A DNA stretch of 64,000 bases from IMG/VR virus record IMGVR_UViG_3300046318_000188, positions 57,873 to 121,872 of that record; one strand, 5' to 3'. The notes beneath the pieces are model-generated. The model made no database searches and was not told the origin of the DNA. It was given only the letters and a program-made list of their open reading frames with translations. Shown in pieces: positions 1-10,602 of the stretch. The position numbers were made by a program, and so were the translations under genes. Every line of letters begins with the position of its first letter. Position 1 is the stretch's first letter. The DNA is from a virus.

Positions 1-2
1 CA

Positions 3-248
3 GAAACCGAATTCGTTATTGTAAATCCTGTGGGTATTGCAGTAGTTCGTGGTAAAGATGGCACACCACAAGTTGGATTCTCACCATTCCCTATTCATGC
101 GGAACAAAAATCAGGTGCAACTATTGCCTTGGCCAAGAAGAATGTAGTATACTCTTATACACCAGCAGAAGATTTTATTACAAACTATAGTTCAATCTTT
201 GGTTCTGGTATTGTAGTTCCTCCACAAAAACAAATTATTACAGGTTAA
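3..248 (+). CDS. Small conserved protein upstream of DNA polymerase (5' end truncated by the window edge)
   Basis: Frame is open from position 3 to the TAA at 248 and abuts the gp43 start. Confidence 0.6.
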   Translation, partial: ETEFVIVNPVGIAVVRGKDGTPQVGFSPFPIHAEQKSGATIALAKKNVVYSYTPAEDFITNYSSIFGSGIVVPPQKQIITG

Positions 249-249
249 A

Positions 250-2793
250 TTGAGTAAATTCTATACTAATGTTCAATGTTTTGGTAACAACATTTTCTAC
301 CGTGGAGTTATAGACGGACAGAAAGTTAAACAAAAGATTGAATACTCACCATCTCTTTTTCTTCCATCACGGAAGAACCCACAAGGAATTTACAAATCTC
401 TGACTGGTCTTCCATTAGACCAGAAAATCTTTGGTACAATGCGTGAAGCAAGAGATTATGTAAAACAATTTGATGGTGTTCATGGTACTCCAATCATTTA
501 TGGTCAAACTCGTTTTGAATATGCCTTTATTGCAGAACAACACAAAGGTATGGTCGATTATGATTATGACCATGTTTCTGTTGCCGTAATCGATATTGAG
601 GTAGGTTCAGAGAATGGATTTCCTGACCCATATAAAGCAGAAGAACCCATTACAGCCATTTGTGTTAAGTTTCTAAATCAATCACCATTTGTATTTGCTT
701 GTGGTGAATATGAAACACAAGGTAATGAAGTGTATATTCGTTGTAAAGATGAATATTCACTCTGTAAACAATTCATGCATTTCTGGAAAGACAAATATCC
801 GGATGTCGTTACTGGTTGGAATACTAAGTTCTTTGATATACCATATCTTGTCAATCGTTTCAGAAAAATTCTTGGTGAAGATGAAGCTAAGAAATTATCT
901 CCTTGGAATTATATTACAGAACGCAAAGCAAGAGTAAATAACCGTGAACTAATTGAATACAGTTTAGTTGGTATCTCATCACTTGATTATATTGAACTTT
1001 ACAGATGGTATGCTCCTGGCGGTAAGTCACAAGAATCATATCGTTTAGATGCCATTGCTCAAGTTGAATTGGGTGAAGGTAAAATCTCCTATGATGAGTA
1101 TGATAATTTACATTCATTATATCGTTTGAACTTCCAAAAGTTTATTGAGTATAACATTAAAGACGTTGAGTTGATTGTTAAATTGGAAGATAAGTTGAAG
1201 TTGCTTGAATTGGCAGTAACTTTGGCATATGATACCAAATCAAACTTTGATGATGTATTTGCTCAAACCCGTATGTGGGATGCTCTGACTAATGCTTATT
1301 TGTTGGAGAAGAATATCATTGTACCACCTCGTATCGTTAAAGAAAAAGATGGTATGTTTGAAGGTGCATATGTTAAAGAAGTTCAGGTTGGTGCTCATGC
1401 TTGGGTTGCCTCATTTGACTTGAACTCTTTGTATCCACATTTGATGATGCAATATAATATCAGTCCAGAAACTCTCATTGAGCCGGCAGACTATACAGAT
1501 GAAATGCGTGAGGTGCTTTCACAGGGTGTTTCTGTTGAGAAGATGTTAAACAAACAAATTGATACTTCAAATCTCAAAGATGTAACTATCACTCCTAATG
1601 GCCAATTCTTCCGTACGGACATCCAAGGTTTCTTACCTGGAATGATGGAAGAAATGTATAATGATAGAAGTAAGTTTAAAAAATTAATGCTTAAAGCAAA
1701 ACAGGAATATGAAAATGAAAAAGACCCAAGTAAACTCTATGAAATCGAAAAACGAATTGCCAAATACAACAACATCCAGTTGGCGAAAAAAGTTTCTCTC
1801 AATTCTGCATACGGCGCTCTTGGTTCTCAGTATTTTCGTTTCTATGATTTGCGTATGGCTCTTGGCGTTACCACTGCGGGACAATTAAGCATTCGTTGGA
1901 TTGAAGCCAAGATTAATGCTTGGATGAATAAAATTTTGGAGACCAAAGATGTTGACTATGTTATTGCTTCTGATACTGATTCAATTTACCTACGAATGAG
2001 AGAATTGGTTGATAAATTTATTAAGGATAAGTCCGATAAACAAAAAGTAATCTCTCTCATGGATAAAGTTTGTGAAGATAAGATACAACCTTATATCGAT
2101 AAGTCTTATGATGAGTTGGCTGAATATGTTCACGCATATGGCCAGAAAATGCAGATGAAACGAGAAGGTCTATCTGATAAAGGTATTTGGACTGCCAAGA
2201 AGCGTTATATTCTGAATGTGTATAACAATGAAGGTGTTCAATATAATGAACCACAGATGAAGGTGATGGGTTTGGAGATGATTAAGTCATCAACACCTGC
2301 CGTTATCCGTGAGAAGATGAAACAAGCAATCACTATCATCATGAATGGTACTGAAGAAGATATTCATGAATTCATTAAAGAAGCCAAAAAAGATTTCATG
2401 GGATTACCACCGGAAGAAATCTCCTCACCCCGTGGTTGTAACGGCTTGTCTAAATATTCGGACGCTTTATCAATGTATAAGTCTGGTACACCAATGCATG
2501 TCAAAGGTGCCATCTTATATAATCACTATCTTAAAGAGAAAAAACTTACTAAAAAGTATCCACTCATACAAGAAGGCGAGAAACTAAAATATAGTTATCT
2601 CAAGATGCCTAATCCATTCAAAGATACCGTCATTTCATTCCCTGGTCGTTTACCTGTAGAATTTGGACTCAATGAATATATTGATTATGATGTTCAATTT
2701 GAAAAGGCCTTTGTTGAACCAATCAAAGTTATTCTAGATTGTATGAAGTGGTCAACTGAAAAAGTAAGTAGTTTGGAGGATTTCTTCTCATGA
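250..2793 (+). CDS. 43: Family B DNA polymerase (T4 gp43-like)
   Basis: 847 aa. Exo I DIEV, SFDLNSLYPH, KVSLNSAYG, DTDS, KKRY, and a C-terminal clamp-binding tail SLEDFF. Confidence 0.98.
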   Translation: MSKFYTNVQCFGNNIFYRGVIDGQKVKQKIEYSPSLFLPSRKNPQGIYKSLTGLPLDQKIFGTMREARDYVKQFDGVHGTPIIYGQTRFEYAFIAEQHKGMVDYDYDHVSVAVIDIEVGSENGFPDPYKAEEPITAICVKFLNQSPFVFACGEYETQGNEVYIRCKDEYSLCKQFMHFWKDKYPDVVTGWNTKFFDIPYLVNRFRKILGEDEAKKLSPWNYITERKARVNNRELIEYSLVGISSLDYIELYRWYAPGGKSQESYRLDAIAQVELGEGKISYDEYDNLHSLYRLNFQKFIEYNIKDVELIVKLEDKLKLLELAVTLAYDTKSNFDDVFAQTRMWDALTNAYLLEKNIIVPPRIVKEKDGMFEGAYVKEVQVGAHAWVASFDLNSLYPHLMMQYNISPETLIEPADYTDEMREVLSQGVSVEKMLNKQIDTSNLKDVTITPNGQFFRTDIQGFLPGMMEEMYNDRSKFKKLMLKAKQEYENEKDPSKLYEIEKRIAKYNNIQLAKKVSLNSAYGALGSQYFRFYDLRMALGVTTAGQLSIRWIEAKINAWMNKILETKDVDYVIASDTDSIYLRMRELVDKFIKDKSDKQKVISLMDKVCEDKIQPYIDKSYDELAEYVHAYGQKMQMKREGLSDKGIWTAKKRYILNVYNNEGVQYNEPQMKVMGLEMIKSSTPAVIREKMKQAITIIMNGTEEDIHEFIKEAKKDFMGLPPEEISSPRGCNGLSKYSDALSMYKSGTPMHVKGAILYNHYLKEKKLTKKYPLIQEGEKLKYSYLKMPNPFKDTVISFPGRLPVEFGLNEYIDYDVQFEKAFVEPIKVILDCMKWSTEKVSSLEDFFS

Positions 2794-3653
2794 TTTACTT
2801 TACATTCGCAGCAGCATTTCTATTATCTGTTATTGCTGGTTATTATTCAGTAATAGGTCTTGCTGCTATTTTTATGGGTGCATTTTGGCCAGTTATTATT
2901 ATGGGTGGTTCCCTTGAATTTGCTAAGTTGGTTACCGCATCTTGGTTATATCGAAACTGGAAAAATGCACCTTTTTTATTACGGACATATTTGGTTATTG
3001 CCGTAATGTTGCTCATGCTCATTACTTCAATGGGTATTTTTGGTTTCTTGGCCAAAGCACATATAGATTCTACATTAGATGCTGGTGCAAATTCGGTAGA
3101 ACTTAAAACTTTGAATCAGCAACAAAAAATTGCTGATGAAAGATTGAACTACTTATTAGCAAGAGCCAAAGACCCATCAACGGCAAGTAATCAATTGGAT
3201 AGACAGATTCAGAATACTCAAAAAGAACTTACCGAAATTAATAAGAAACGATTGCCACTTCTCCGTGAAGAAAACAAACTTGTGGCAGATATTGGACCAA
3301 TCAAGTATGTGGCAGATATGTTCTTTAATGGTGATGGTGCCGTAGATAAGGCAGTCAGACTGGTAATCTTTATCATTATGCTTGTGTTTGACCCATTAGC
3401 TGTGTTATTATTAATAGCAGCGAATATCTCAATGAAGAAACCTGAAAGAGTGGAAAAGACTTGGGATGATTTCTTTAATAATGCACCAATACCAGAAGAT
3501 TCTATTGAGATTGAAAAAGAGAATATTGCTGAGATTGAACCTGTTGCAGAAGAACTAAAAAAGAAACGTGGATTTCCCAATCGGAAATCTAAGATAGATA
3601 GTATGTATGTAGATGATGCTGAGTTGGCATTTCGTAAAAAGGAAAATGAATGA
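2790..3653 (+). CDS. Membrane protein with a central coiled coil, function unknown
   Basis: Three N-terminal hydrophobic segments, a coiled-coil middle and a further TM segment (FDPLAVLLLIAAN). ATGA-coupled to both neighbours. Confidence 0.7.
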   Translation: MIYFTFAAAFLLSVIAGYYSVIGLAAIFMGAFWPVIIMGGSLEFAKLVTASWLYRNWKNAPFLLRTYLVIAVMLLMLITSMGIFGFLAKAHIDSTLDAGANSVELKTLNQQQKIADERLNYLLARAKDPSTASNQLDRQIQNTQKELTEINKKRLPLLREENKLVADIGPIKYVADMFFNGDGAVDKAVRLVIFIIMLVFDPLAVLLLIAANISMKKPERVEKTWDDFFNNAPIPEDSIEIEKENIAEIEPVAEELKKKRGFPNRKSKIDSMYVDDAELAFRKKENE

Positions 3654-4729
3654 GTATACTTGACAAAATTAAAAAGAATAGTAGCATTAAAGAGTCTGCT
3701 ATTCTAGCAAAATCTAAATTCTTCACACAGAAGGATATGATTCCTACTTCCGTGCCTATTATTAATGTGGCATTATCAGGTCGCCTTGATGGTGGTTTAA
3801 CACCAGGTCTTACAATGTGGGCAGGTCCATCCAAACATTTTAAGACAGCATTTTCATTATTGATGGCCAAATCTTACTTGGACAAATATCCTGATGCTGC
3901 GCTTCTTTTTTATGATTCTGAATTCGGTACGCCACAATCTTATTTTGATTCTTTTGGTATTGATACTAATAGAGTATTACATACGCCACTCACCGACATA
4001 GAACAATTAAAAATTGACTTGATGCAACAGTTAAATCAAGTTGAACGAGGTGAACATTTGATTGTTGTTGTTGATTCAATTGGTAACTTGGCATCCATTA
4101 AAGAAGTTAATGATGCACTTGATGGTAAAACTGTCGGTGATATGTCAAGAGCAAAAGCCGTTAAGTCTTTGTTTAGAATGGTTACACCACACTTATCACT
4201 TAAAGATATTCCGATGGTTGTTGTTAATCATACTTACATGGAAATTGGAATGTTCCCTAAAGCAATTGTTGGTGGTGGTACAGGTTCTTACTATTCTGCT
4301 GATAACATTTTTGTGTTGGGTCGCCAACAAGAAAAAGAAGGTACTGAAGTTGTGGGTTATAATTTTATTATTAATGTGGAGAAATCACGATATGTTAAAG
4401 AAAAATCTAAGATTCCTGTTTCCGTTTCTTTTGATGGAGGCATTTCTCGTTGGTCTGGTTTACTTGACATTGCACTCGATTCAGGATTGGTTATTAAACC
4501 ATCTAACGGTTGGTATTCACGGGTTGATGTAACAACTGGTGAAGTAGAAGATAAGAAATACCGTTTGAAAGAAACCGACACAAAAGATTTTTGGATGCCA
4601 CTTATTACTAGTGAGAAGTTCCAAAGTTATGTTAAAGACAAATATCAAATTGCTTCGGGTGCCATCATGCAAGGTGGTGAAGAAGAATTGTTTGATGAAG
4701 TTATTACTATGAATGGAACAGAAGAATGA
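3650..4729 (+). CDS. uvsX: RecA-like recombinase UvsX
   Basis: AGPSKHFKT Walker A variant, YDSEFG, VVDSIGNLAS, GGGTG; T4 synteny. Confidence 0.96.
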   Translation: MSILDKIKKNSSIKESAILAKSKFFTQKDMIPTSVPIINVALSGRLDGGLTPGLTMWAGPSKHFKTAFSLLMAKSYLDKYPDAALLFYDSEFGTPQSYFDSFGIDTNRVLHTPLTDIEQLKIDLMQQLNQVERGEHLIVVVDSIGNLASIKEVNDALDGKTVGDMSRAKAVKSLFRMVTPHLSLKDIPMVVVNHTYMEIGMFPKAIVGGGTGSYYSADNIFVLGRQQEKEGTEVVGYNFIINVEKSRYVKEKSKIPVSVSFDGGISRWSGLLDIALDSGLVIKPSNGWYSRVDVTTGEVEDKKYRLKETDTKDFWMPLITSEKFQSYVKDKYQIASGAIMQGGEEELFDEVITMNGTEE

Positions 4730-5043
4730 TAGAAGGTATTGACTATTGCTTCATCTATCCAAAAGAAGATGAAGCTGCGGTTCATATAAAATTACTTGAT
4801 GGTCCTTACAAAGATACCACATACAAATATGGTAGAGTTAGTTTTGAGGAAAAAGATGAGCAGGTCTATTTACAATTCAAGTTTGATGTGATAGAATCCA
4901 CCATCAAGACAAAAACATTGGAGAAAGACCTTGATTTTAAAAATTACATTGGTGACTTGCTTGTTGAAATCATGTCATCTAACATTGAGCAGGAAATAAT
5001 TGATGAAACTGGAACAATCGATTCTGAAGAATCTGGTCTATAA
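4726..5043 (+). CDS. Small acidic protein in the T4 gp40 position
   Basis: Lies between uvsX and gene 41 as T4 gene 40 does. Sequence identity not verifiable by eye. Confidence 0.5.
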   Translation: MIEGIDYCFIYPKEDEAAVHIKLLDGPYKDTTYKYGRVSFEEKDEQVYLQFKFDVIESTIKTKTLEKDLDFKNYIGDLLVEIMSSNIEQEIIDETGTIDSEESGL

Positions 5044-6385
5044 TGAGGACTACCTAAGAAAAGTTTTACCATTCTTAAAATCTGATTATTTCTCCGACAG
5101 AACGGAGAGAACACTCTACAATGAAATCACCTCGTTTACTGAAACTTACAATACTCCGCCTACGATTGAAGCACTCTCAATTGCCGTCAAAGAGAGGAAC
5201 AATCTTTCGGATGATGAAGTTAAGAACTGCGAAACTTATCTCGAAGAAATTGAGGCTCATAGCAAAGAGCAAACCGAGATACAATGGCTTGTTGACAAGA
5301 CAGAAAAGTTTTGCCAAGAGAAGGCGATATACAATGCCGTATTGGGGGCAATTTCAATTCTCGATGGTAAGGACAAAGATAAAGACAAAGGTGCAATTCC
5401 CTCTATATTATCGGACGCCTTGGCCGTTTCATTTGATACAACAGTAGGACACGATTACTTACAGGACTCTGATGCTCGATTTGATTTCTATCATAGAAAA
5501 GAGGAACGAATTCCTTTCGACTTGGAATTCTTCAACAAGATTACAAAGGGTGGTTTGCCAAGTAAAACTCTCAATATTGCTCTTGCGGGGACTGGTGTTG
5601 GTAAATCTCTTTTTATGTGTCATGTGGCAGCAGGCGCAATGGTCCAAGGCAAAAATGCTTTGTACATCACGATGGAAATGGCTGAAGAAAAGATTGCAGA
5701 ACGTATTGATGCGAATCTTTTGAATGTTACTTTAGATGACCTTATTGATTTACCAAAAGAAATGTATGACAAAAAGGTTGCTAGGGTTCGTGAGAAGTGT
5801 ACCGGTAAACTTATTATTAAAGAATACCCAACCGCTTCGGCATCCGCAACTCATTTTAGGACTCTATTAAATGAACTTAATCTCAAGAAGTCTTTTATAC
5901 CTGACATTATCTTTATTGATTACCTTAATATCTGTTGTTCTTCTCGTATCAAGGCTGGTGCGAATATCAACTCTTACACTTACGTTAAGTCAATCGCAGA
6001 AGAACTTAGGGGTCTTGCGGTTGAATATAATGTTCCTATTGTATCTGCTACTCAAACTACCAGAAGCGGATTCACATCGTCTGATCCAGGACTGGAGGAT
6101 ACGAGTGAGTCATTCGGGTTGCCTGCAACCGCCGATTTAATGTTTGCTTTGATTACTTCTGATGAATTAGAAGAACTTGGCCAGATTATGGTTAAACAAT
6201 TAAAGAATCGTTATAATGATCCCGGTTATTATAAACGATTTACTATTGGTGTTGACCGTGCAAAGATGAAATTATTTGATATCGAACAATCAGCACAACA
6301 AGGTATTGCTGATGCTGGTAATCAAGTTGGTGCTCATAACAAAATTAAACATGATAAGAAATCGTTCGAAGGTTTTAAGGTATAA
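5003..6385 (+). CDS. 41: Replicative DnaB-like helicase (gp41)
   Basis: LAGTGVGKS Walker A, IIKEYPT, IFIDYLNI, SATQTTR, SESFGLPATAD, KQLKNRY. Confidence 0.97.
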   Translation: MKLEQSILKNLVYNEDYLRKVLPFLKSDYFSDRTERTLYNEITSFTETYNTPPTIEALSIAVKERNNLSDDEVKNCETYLEEIEAHSKEQTEIQWLVDKTEKFCQEKAIYNAVLGAISILDGKDKDKDKGAIPSILSDALAVSFDTTVGHDYLQDSDARFDFYHRKEERIPFDLEFFNKITKGGLPSKTLNIALAGTGVGKSLFMCHVAAGAMVQGKNALYITMEMAEEKIAERIDANLLNVTLDDLIDLPKEMYDKKVARVREKCTGKLIIKEYPTASASATHFRTLLNELNLKKSFIPDIIFIDYLNICCSSRIKAGANINSYTYVKSIAEELRGLAVEYNVPIVSATQTTRSGFTSSDPGLEDTSESFGLPATADLMFALITSDELEELGQIMVKQLKNRYNDPGYYKRFTIGVDRAKMKLFDIEQSAQQGIADAGNQVGAHNKIKHDKKSFEGFKV

Positions 6386-6585
6386 TGGAAACTCAAAGTA
6401 GAACTTTGGTTAAAACTATAATATTTCGATTGTGGGAATTAATATCAACTTATGTACTACTAAAATTTTTAGGTATAGAAACATCTGAAGCTATTAGTTC
6501 TGCTATTATTATGAATGTTGTGTGGACAGTAGGATATTATTTTTATGAAAGAATTTGGAACGTGATTAAATGGGGTAAAGTATGA
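6385..6585 (+). CDS. Small membrane protein (DUF2061-like)
   Basis: RTLVKTIIFR...YYFYERIWNVIKWG pattern; two hydrophobic segments. Confidence 0.6.
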   Translation: METQSRTLVKTIIFRLWELISTYVLLKFLGIETSEAISSAIIMNVVWTVGYYFYERIWNVIKWGKV

Positions 6586-7691
6586 TGTTGGCTAGGGACC
6601 AAGCACTACATTGTGCTAAAGTATTTAATGATTACTTCAGTAATATTGGAAGTACCGAAGAATACATGCGTGATGAGAAGTTAAAGAATCTCAGCAATAT
6701 GCCTTCTTCTTTATTTCCAATTGAAGATGATTTGTTTTCAGATTTCTCTATGCATCCCAATGATATGGATATTGAAGTCTGTGAAATTGATAGTACAACT
6801 TGGGAATCATTACTTTCGATTACCAGTTCACACATCAACAAAGCACCAGTTGGTAAGAATATACAATTGGCAGTTAAAGAGAGGAACTCAGGAAAGATTG
6901 TAGGATTCATTCGGTTGGGTTCACCAGTAATCTATATGAAACCTAGAAATGAACTCTTAGGACAGGTCTGGATCCAACAGGAAGATACTGCCAAACGATT
7001 CAATACAGCCTGTGTTATGGGGTTTGTAATTGTACCAGCACAACCTTTTGGATATAATTACTTGGGTGGCAAACTTCTATCTGCAATTTGTACCAGTCAT
7101 ACCGTTAGGGAAATTTGTAATAAAAAGTATGGTATGAATATATGTCTATTTGAAACTACCAGTTTATATGGTTCCACAAAATCAGTATCTCAATATGATG
7201 GCATGAAACCTTACATTCGATTTAGGGGTTTAACTGAATCCGACATTGTACCAATGATGCACGGAGATAGATATCATAACTTGAAAAACTATGTTGAGAA
7301 TATTACTGGAGATTTGTTGGCGGGTGATACATCAACCACCAGTAGAAAATTAAGAACCTTCACCAAGATTATTGCCTTGACTAAGGCAGCACTCAAAGGA
7401 ACACCAGAAGGTGATGCTTTCAATATAACGATTGAGAACGCCAAAAAGTTGACAGAAAAGAAAAGATATTATACATCCGATTTTGGGTATAATAACTCGG
7501 TTGATTATATGAACTGTAAAACCGATGTGTTGGTTCCTGGTGAGAATTATGAGAAACATGAATTGAAGAACATTATTTCTTGGTGGAAACAAAAAGCATC
7601 GAATCGTTATGATACATTAAAATCTGAAGGTCGATTGAGAACAGAACTCGAAATCTGGACTTCAGGTAAAGACATTCAAATCATTAGATAA
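6582..7691 (+). CDS. DruA/DUF4338-like protein
   Basis: GKIVGFIRLGSP, PFGYNYLGGKLL and FETTSLYG motifs resemble the Druantia DruA family as recalled. Confidence 0.6.
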   Translation: MMLARDQALHCAKVFNDYFSNIGSTEEYMRDEKLKNLSNMPSSLFPIEDDLFSDFSMHPNDMDIEVCEIDSTTWESLLSITSSHINKAPVGKNIQLAVKERNSGKIVGFIRLGSPVIYMKPRNELLGQVWIQQEDTAKRFNTACVMGFVIVPAQPFGYNYLGGKLLSAICTSHTVREICNKKYGMNICLFETTSLYGSTKSVSQYDGMKPYIRFRGLTESDIVPMMHGDRYHNLKNYVENITGDLLAGDTSTTSRKLRTFTKIIALTKAALKGTPEGDAFNITIENAKKLTEKKRYYTSDFGYNNSVDYMNCKTDVLVPGENYEKHELKNIISWWKQKASNRYDTLKSEGRLRTELEIWTSGKDIQIIR

Positions 7692-7694
7692 ATA
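7687..7694 (+). promoter_or_regulatory. T4-type late promoter variant GATAAATA
   Basis: One mismatch to TATAAATA, 18 nt upstream of the ATG at 7713. Confidence 0.55.
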
Positions 7695-7712
7695 TTTTCT
7701 TTTTAGGTAAAA

Positions 7713-8945
7713 ATGGCAGACCAAACATCAAAACAAGAATCGGCTCAAGCATTATTTTGTGCTATGGCTGATTATCTTGGTGCCACTAAAGTATCTGAGA
7801 TATTTGATTTAAAGAAATATCCAGATTATAAATCTTTTAAAGATTATTGGAACAAAACTTATCCGACAACAAAAATAGAAACCTCCTTTAAATCTCATGT
7901 TAATGCTGATACAGACTTAAAAACTATTGAGGACTTTTTAATTAAAGATGTTTCGTGGTATCAATCTTCCTTATTAATTGCAAAGAAACTAATAATAGAC
8001 ATTGACGACATTTCTCAGAAATTCTCTTCCATCAAAAGACCTTCTTGGTCATCCATTTTTTATGTTCGTGGTGATAAAGAAATTATGAAAAATATAGAGA
8101 TACTATTTGATGAAGCTAATAATATACAAAAAAACATCCAAAGTAAAGGCGCCAAAACTAAAGTAAATTTTGGAGATATTAACAAATGGTCTCCGGCTGA
8201 TATATATTTGGCTTCACCCAAAGCAAAAAAACAGATTTCCGATATGGTAAAAAATAAAACAGGATTGACTTTCTCAAAATTAAATCTTTTTATTTTTGAA
8301 ATGATAAAATCAGGAGAATTACTTCCACTATCCCTAAAAAAACAAACAAAAGAAGTTAAAATACAAAAAGTAAATTTTAGTAGACCTGAAGAATTGAAAA
8401 AAATTAAAGCTTTAAAATTTTATGGATTGAGTGATTGGAAACCCAGGTCGAAACAATTAAATTCACCAAAACCTTCAGCTAGAGATTTAAAAGTTTATAT
8501 ATCACAAGATAAAAAAGATTATATTCAATTTGAACATGGAGCTACTGCTGGTGCATTTAAAATTATTTATTTTTCTGATGAGATGGATGCTCGAGGTGGA
8601 GCCCTTTCTTCTCCCAAAACTTTTATCGATTTAACTTTTTTGGTTGATAAAAGAAAAACTCTTAGTAGTTGGTTACAAAAATATAATACAGCAAATAAAA
8701 AATTTAAAGAAGAAGATAAAAAGTTACTTAATGGTAAACCAAAACCATCTAAAGATACTCCTGCAGGAAAAGAATATAGAAAAAAACGTGGAGACCTTAG
8801 TGGTACAGCGGTAACTGATGTCGTTATTCCCGATATCATGAAATATTTTAGTAATGAAGAATTGGCCACTAAAACTATACAATTATTGTATCAATATATA
8901 ACATCAAGACTTGACAATTCAGCTGCATTTGTTATAGCAAAATAA
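7713..8945 (+). CDS. Lys-rich putative endonuclease (PD-(D/E)XK-like)
   Basis: QESAQ...DINKWSPADIYL...LPLSLKK pattern; very basic and more AT-rich than its neighbours. Confidence 0.45.
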   Translation: MADQTSKQESAQALFCAMADYLGATKVSEIFDLKKYPDYKSFKDYWNKTYPTTKIETSFKSHVNADTDLKTIEDFLIKDVSWYQSSLLIAKKLIIDIDDISQKFSSIKRPSWSSIFYVRGDKEIMKNIEILFDEANNIQKNIQSKGAKTKVNFGDINKWSPADIYLASPKAKKQISDMVKNKTGLTFSKLNLFIFEMIKSGELLPLSLKKQTKEVKIQKVNFSRPEELKKIKALKFYGLSDWKPRSKQLNSPKPSARDLKVYISQDKKDYIQFEHGATAGAFKIIYFSDEMDARGGALSSPKTFIDLTFLVDKRKTLSSWLQKYNTANKKFKEEDKKLLNGKPKPSKDTPAGKEYRKKRGDLSGTAVTDVVIPDIMKYFSNEELATKTIQLLYQYITSRLDNSAAFVIAK

Positions 8946-8954
8946 GGATATATT

Positions 8955-9236
8955 ATGTCACTAATAGACTTTGATAAACTATCACAAGAATTTAATATTG
9001 ATGATAATGACTTTGGGTTTTCTGCCGTTTCAGAAGAAGAATATAATTCAGTAATTAATAAAACAGCAGAAACGGCTGATGATTATAAAACTAGATTGAA
9101 TGAATTGGAGAAGATGATTATTCCTTTCCTCACCAAATTACATTCGACTGGAGATAAAGAATATATATATTGGCCAAATCGTAAACCATCAATCGAAAAG
9201 CAAATAGAGAAAATATTGAAACTAACAAGAGGTTAA
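8955..9236 (+). CDS. Conserved hypothetical protein
   Basis: RBS AAGGA; DFGFSAVSEEE and KEYIYWPNR motifs. Confidence 0.6.
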   Translation: MSLIDFDKLSQEFNIDDNDFGFSAVSEEEYNSVINKTAETADDYKTRLNELEKMIIPFLTKLHSTGDKEYIYWPNRKPSIEKQIEKILKLTRG

Positions 9237-9238
9237 TT

Positions 9239-9841
9239 ATGGATTTTTATAATGATGTGAGAAGTAAACTTGGACATAGAATAAGTGGATTTGATTATAT
9301 CTTCCAGTATTTTGTTGATGTTGATAAACCCCTAATCGTAGAAACCGGTTGTGCCAGACAAATGGACAACTATGAAGGTGATGGTCAAAGTAGTTTACTC
9401 TTTGACAAGTTTATCAAACAATATGGTGGTGAATTCCATACAGTAGACATTTCGAAAGAAAGTACTGACTATTGTAAAAGTAGAATGACATCAAGCAATA
9501 GTGTTGTATATACAAACGACAGCATTACTCAATTAAAAACCCTCAATCATAGATTTCAACAAGAAGATAGAAAAATTGATTTTCTTTATTTGGATTCTTT
9601 TGATGCTCCCCGTGATAAACCAGATGTAGTTTATCAAAGTGCTTTACATCACCTCTACGAATTACTCACAATTGCCCCATCAATTAAAGAAGGTGCCTTA
9701 ATTGGCGTTGATGATAATTGGATTGAACAAAGAGATGGCCAGAATATTTTAGCAGGTAAAGGCCAATTCGTTTATGACTATATGCAGAAAAGTGGCCGAC
9801 CTCTTGTTCATGACGGCTATCAATTATTTTGGAAATGGTAA
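9239..9841 (+). CDS. Class I SAM-dependent methyltransferase
   Basis: IVETGC motif I, TVDI, IDFLYLDS, VDD. Confidence 0.75.
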   Translation: MDFYNDVRSKLGHRISGFDYIFQYFVDVDKPLIVETGCARQMDNYEGDGQSSLLFDKFIKQYGGEFHTVDISKESTDYCKSRMTSSNSVVYTNDSITQLKTLNHRFQQEDRKIDFLYLDSFDAPRDKPDVVYQSALHHLYELLTIAPSIKEGALIGVDDNWIEQRDGQNILAGKGQFVYDYMQKSGRPLVHDGYQLFWKW

Positions 9842-10602
9842 TGAGTGCAACAGTAATTATTCCAACAACAGGTTCACCTGATTTGTTAACGGCAGTAAGA
9901 AGTGTATTGAATCAAACTTATCCAACAGATTGTTATATTGTTATTGACGGCAAAGATAATGTAGTCAAAACAATAGAACTTCTAGGAGATTTGGTAGAAA
10001 ATGATAAACTTCATACTGCAATTCTTCCTATCAATGTTGGTGCTAATGGTTTTTATGGGCATCGTGTCTATGCGGCATTCACTCATCTTGTTAATACTGA
10101 TTATGTTTTATATCTTGACCAAGATAATTGGTTAAAACCTAATCATGTGGAATCTTGTATTAAAACAATACAAGAAAATAATTTAAGTTGGTGTTATTCT
10201 CTCCGTGATATCTATGAAGATAATACCTTTATCTGTCATGACGATTGTGAATCGTTAGGTAAGTGGCAAACTTATCATGGTATTAATCATGTGGATACAA
10301 ATAGTTATTGCCTTAAAACAGAAATTGCGATAAAATTAGCATCAGCGTGGCATGGTGGATGGGGACAAGACAGAGTGTTTTTACAGACCGTATCACAATA
10401 CTTCCAAAAGTTCGATTGCACAAATGAATATACAGTAAACTATCGAGTTGCTGGTAATGCAGGTTCAGTTACTAAAGAATTCTTTCTTAATGGTAACAGT
10501 ATAATGAATAACAAATATAATGGAGATTTCCCATGGCGCAAAAAGACCTCATCATCGGTGCCTTCACCAACTATAACTATAACCAACTCAAACCTTGGGT
10601 AG
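9841..10602 (+). CDS. Glycosyltransferase family 2
   Basis: ATVIIPT, SVLNQTY, VIDG, YLDQDNW (DxD), VDTNSY, GQDR. Confidence 0.88.
   Translation: MSATVIIPTTGSPDLLTAVRSVLNQTYPTDCYIVIDGKDNVVKTIELLGDLVENDKLHTAILPINVGANGFYGHRVYAAFTHLVNTDYVLYLDQDNWLKPNHVESCIKTIQENNLSWCYSLRDIYEDNTFICHDDCESLGKWQTYHGINHVDTNSYCLKTEIAIKLASAWHGGWGQDRVFLQTVSQYFQKFDCTNEYTVNYRVAGNAGSVTKEFFLNGNSIMNNKYNGDFPWRKKTSSSVPSPTITITNSNLG

Noticed and set aside
6582-7691. Complete Druantia defence system
   Set aside because: No DruE-like large helicase or other Dru genes are adjacent.
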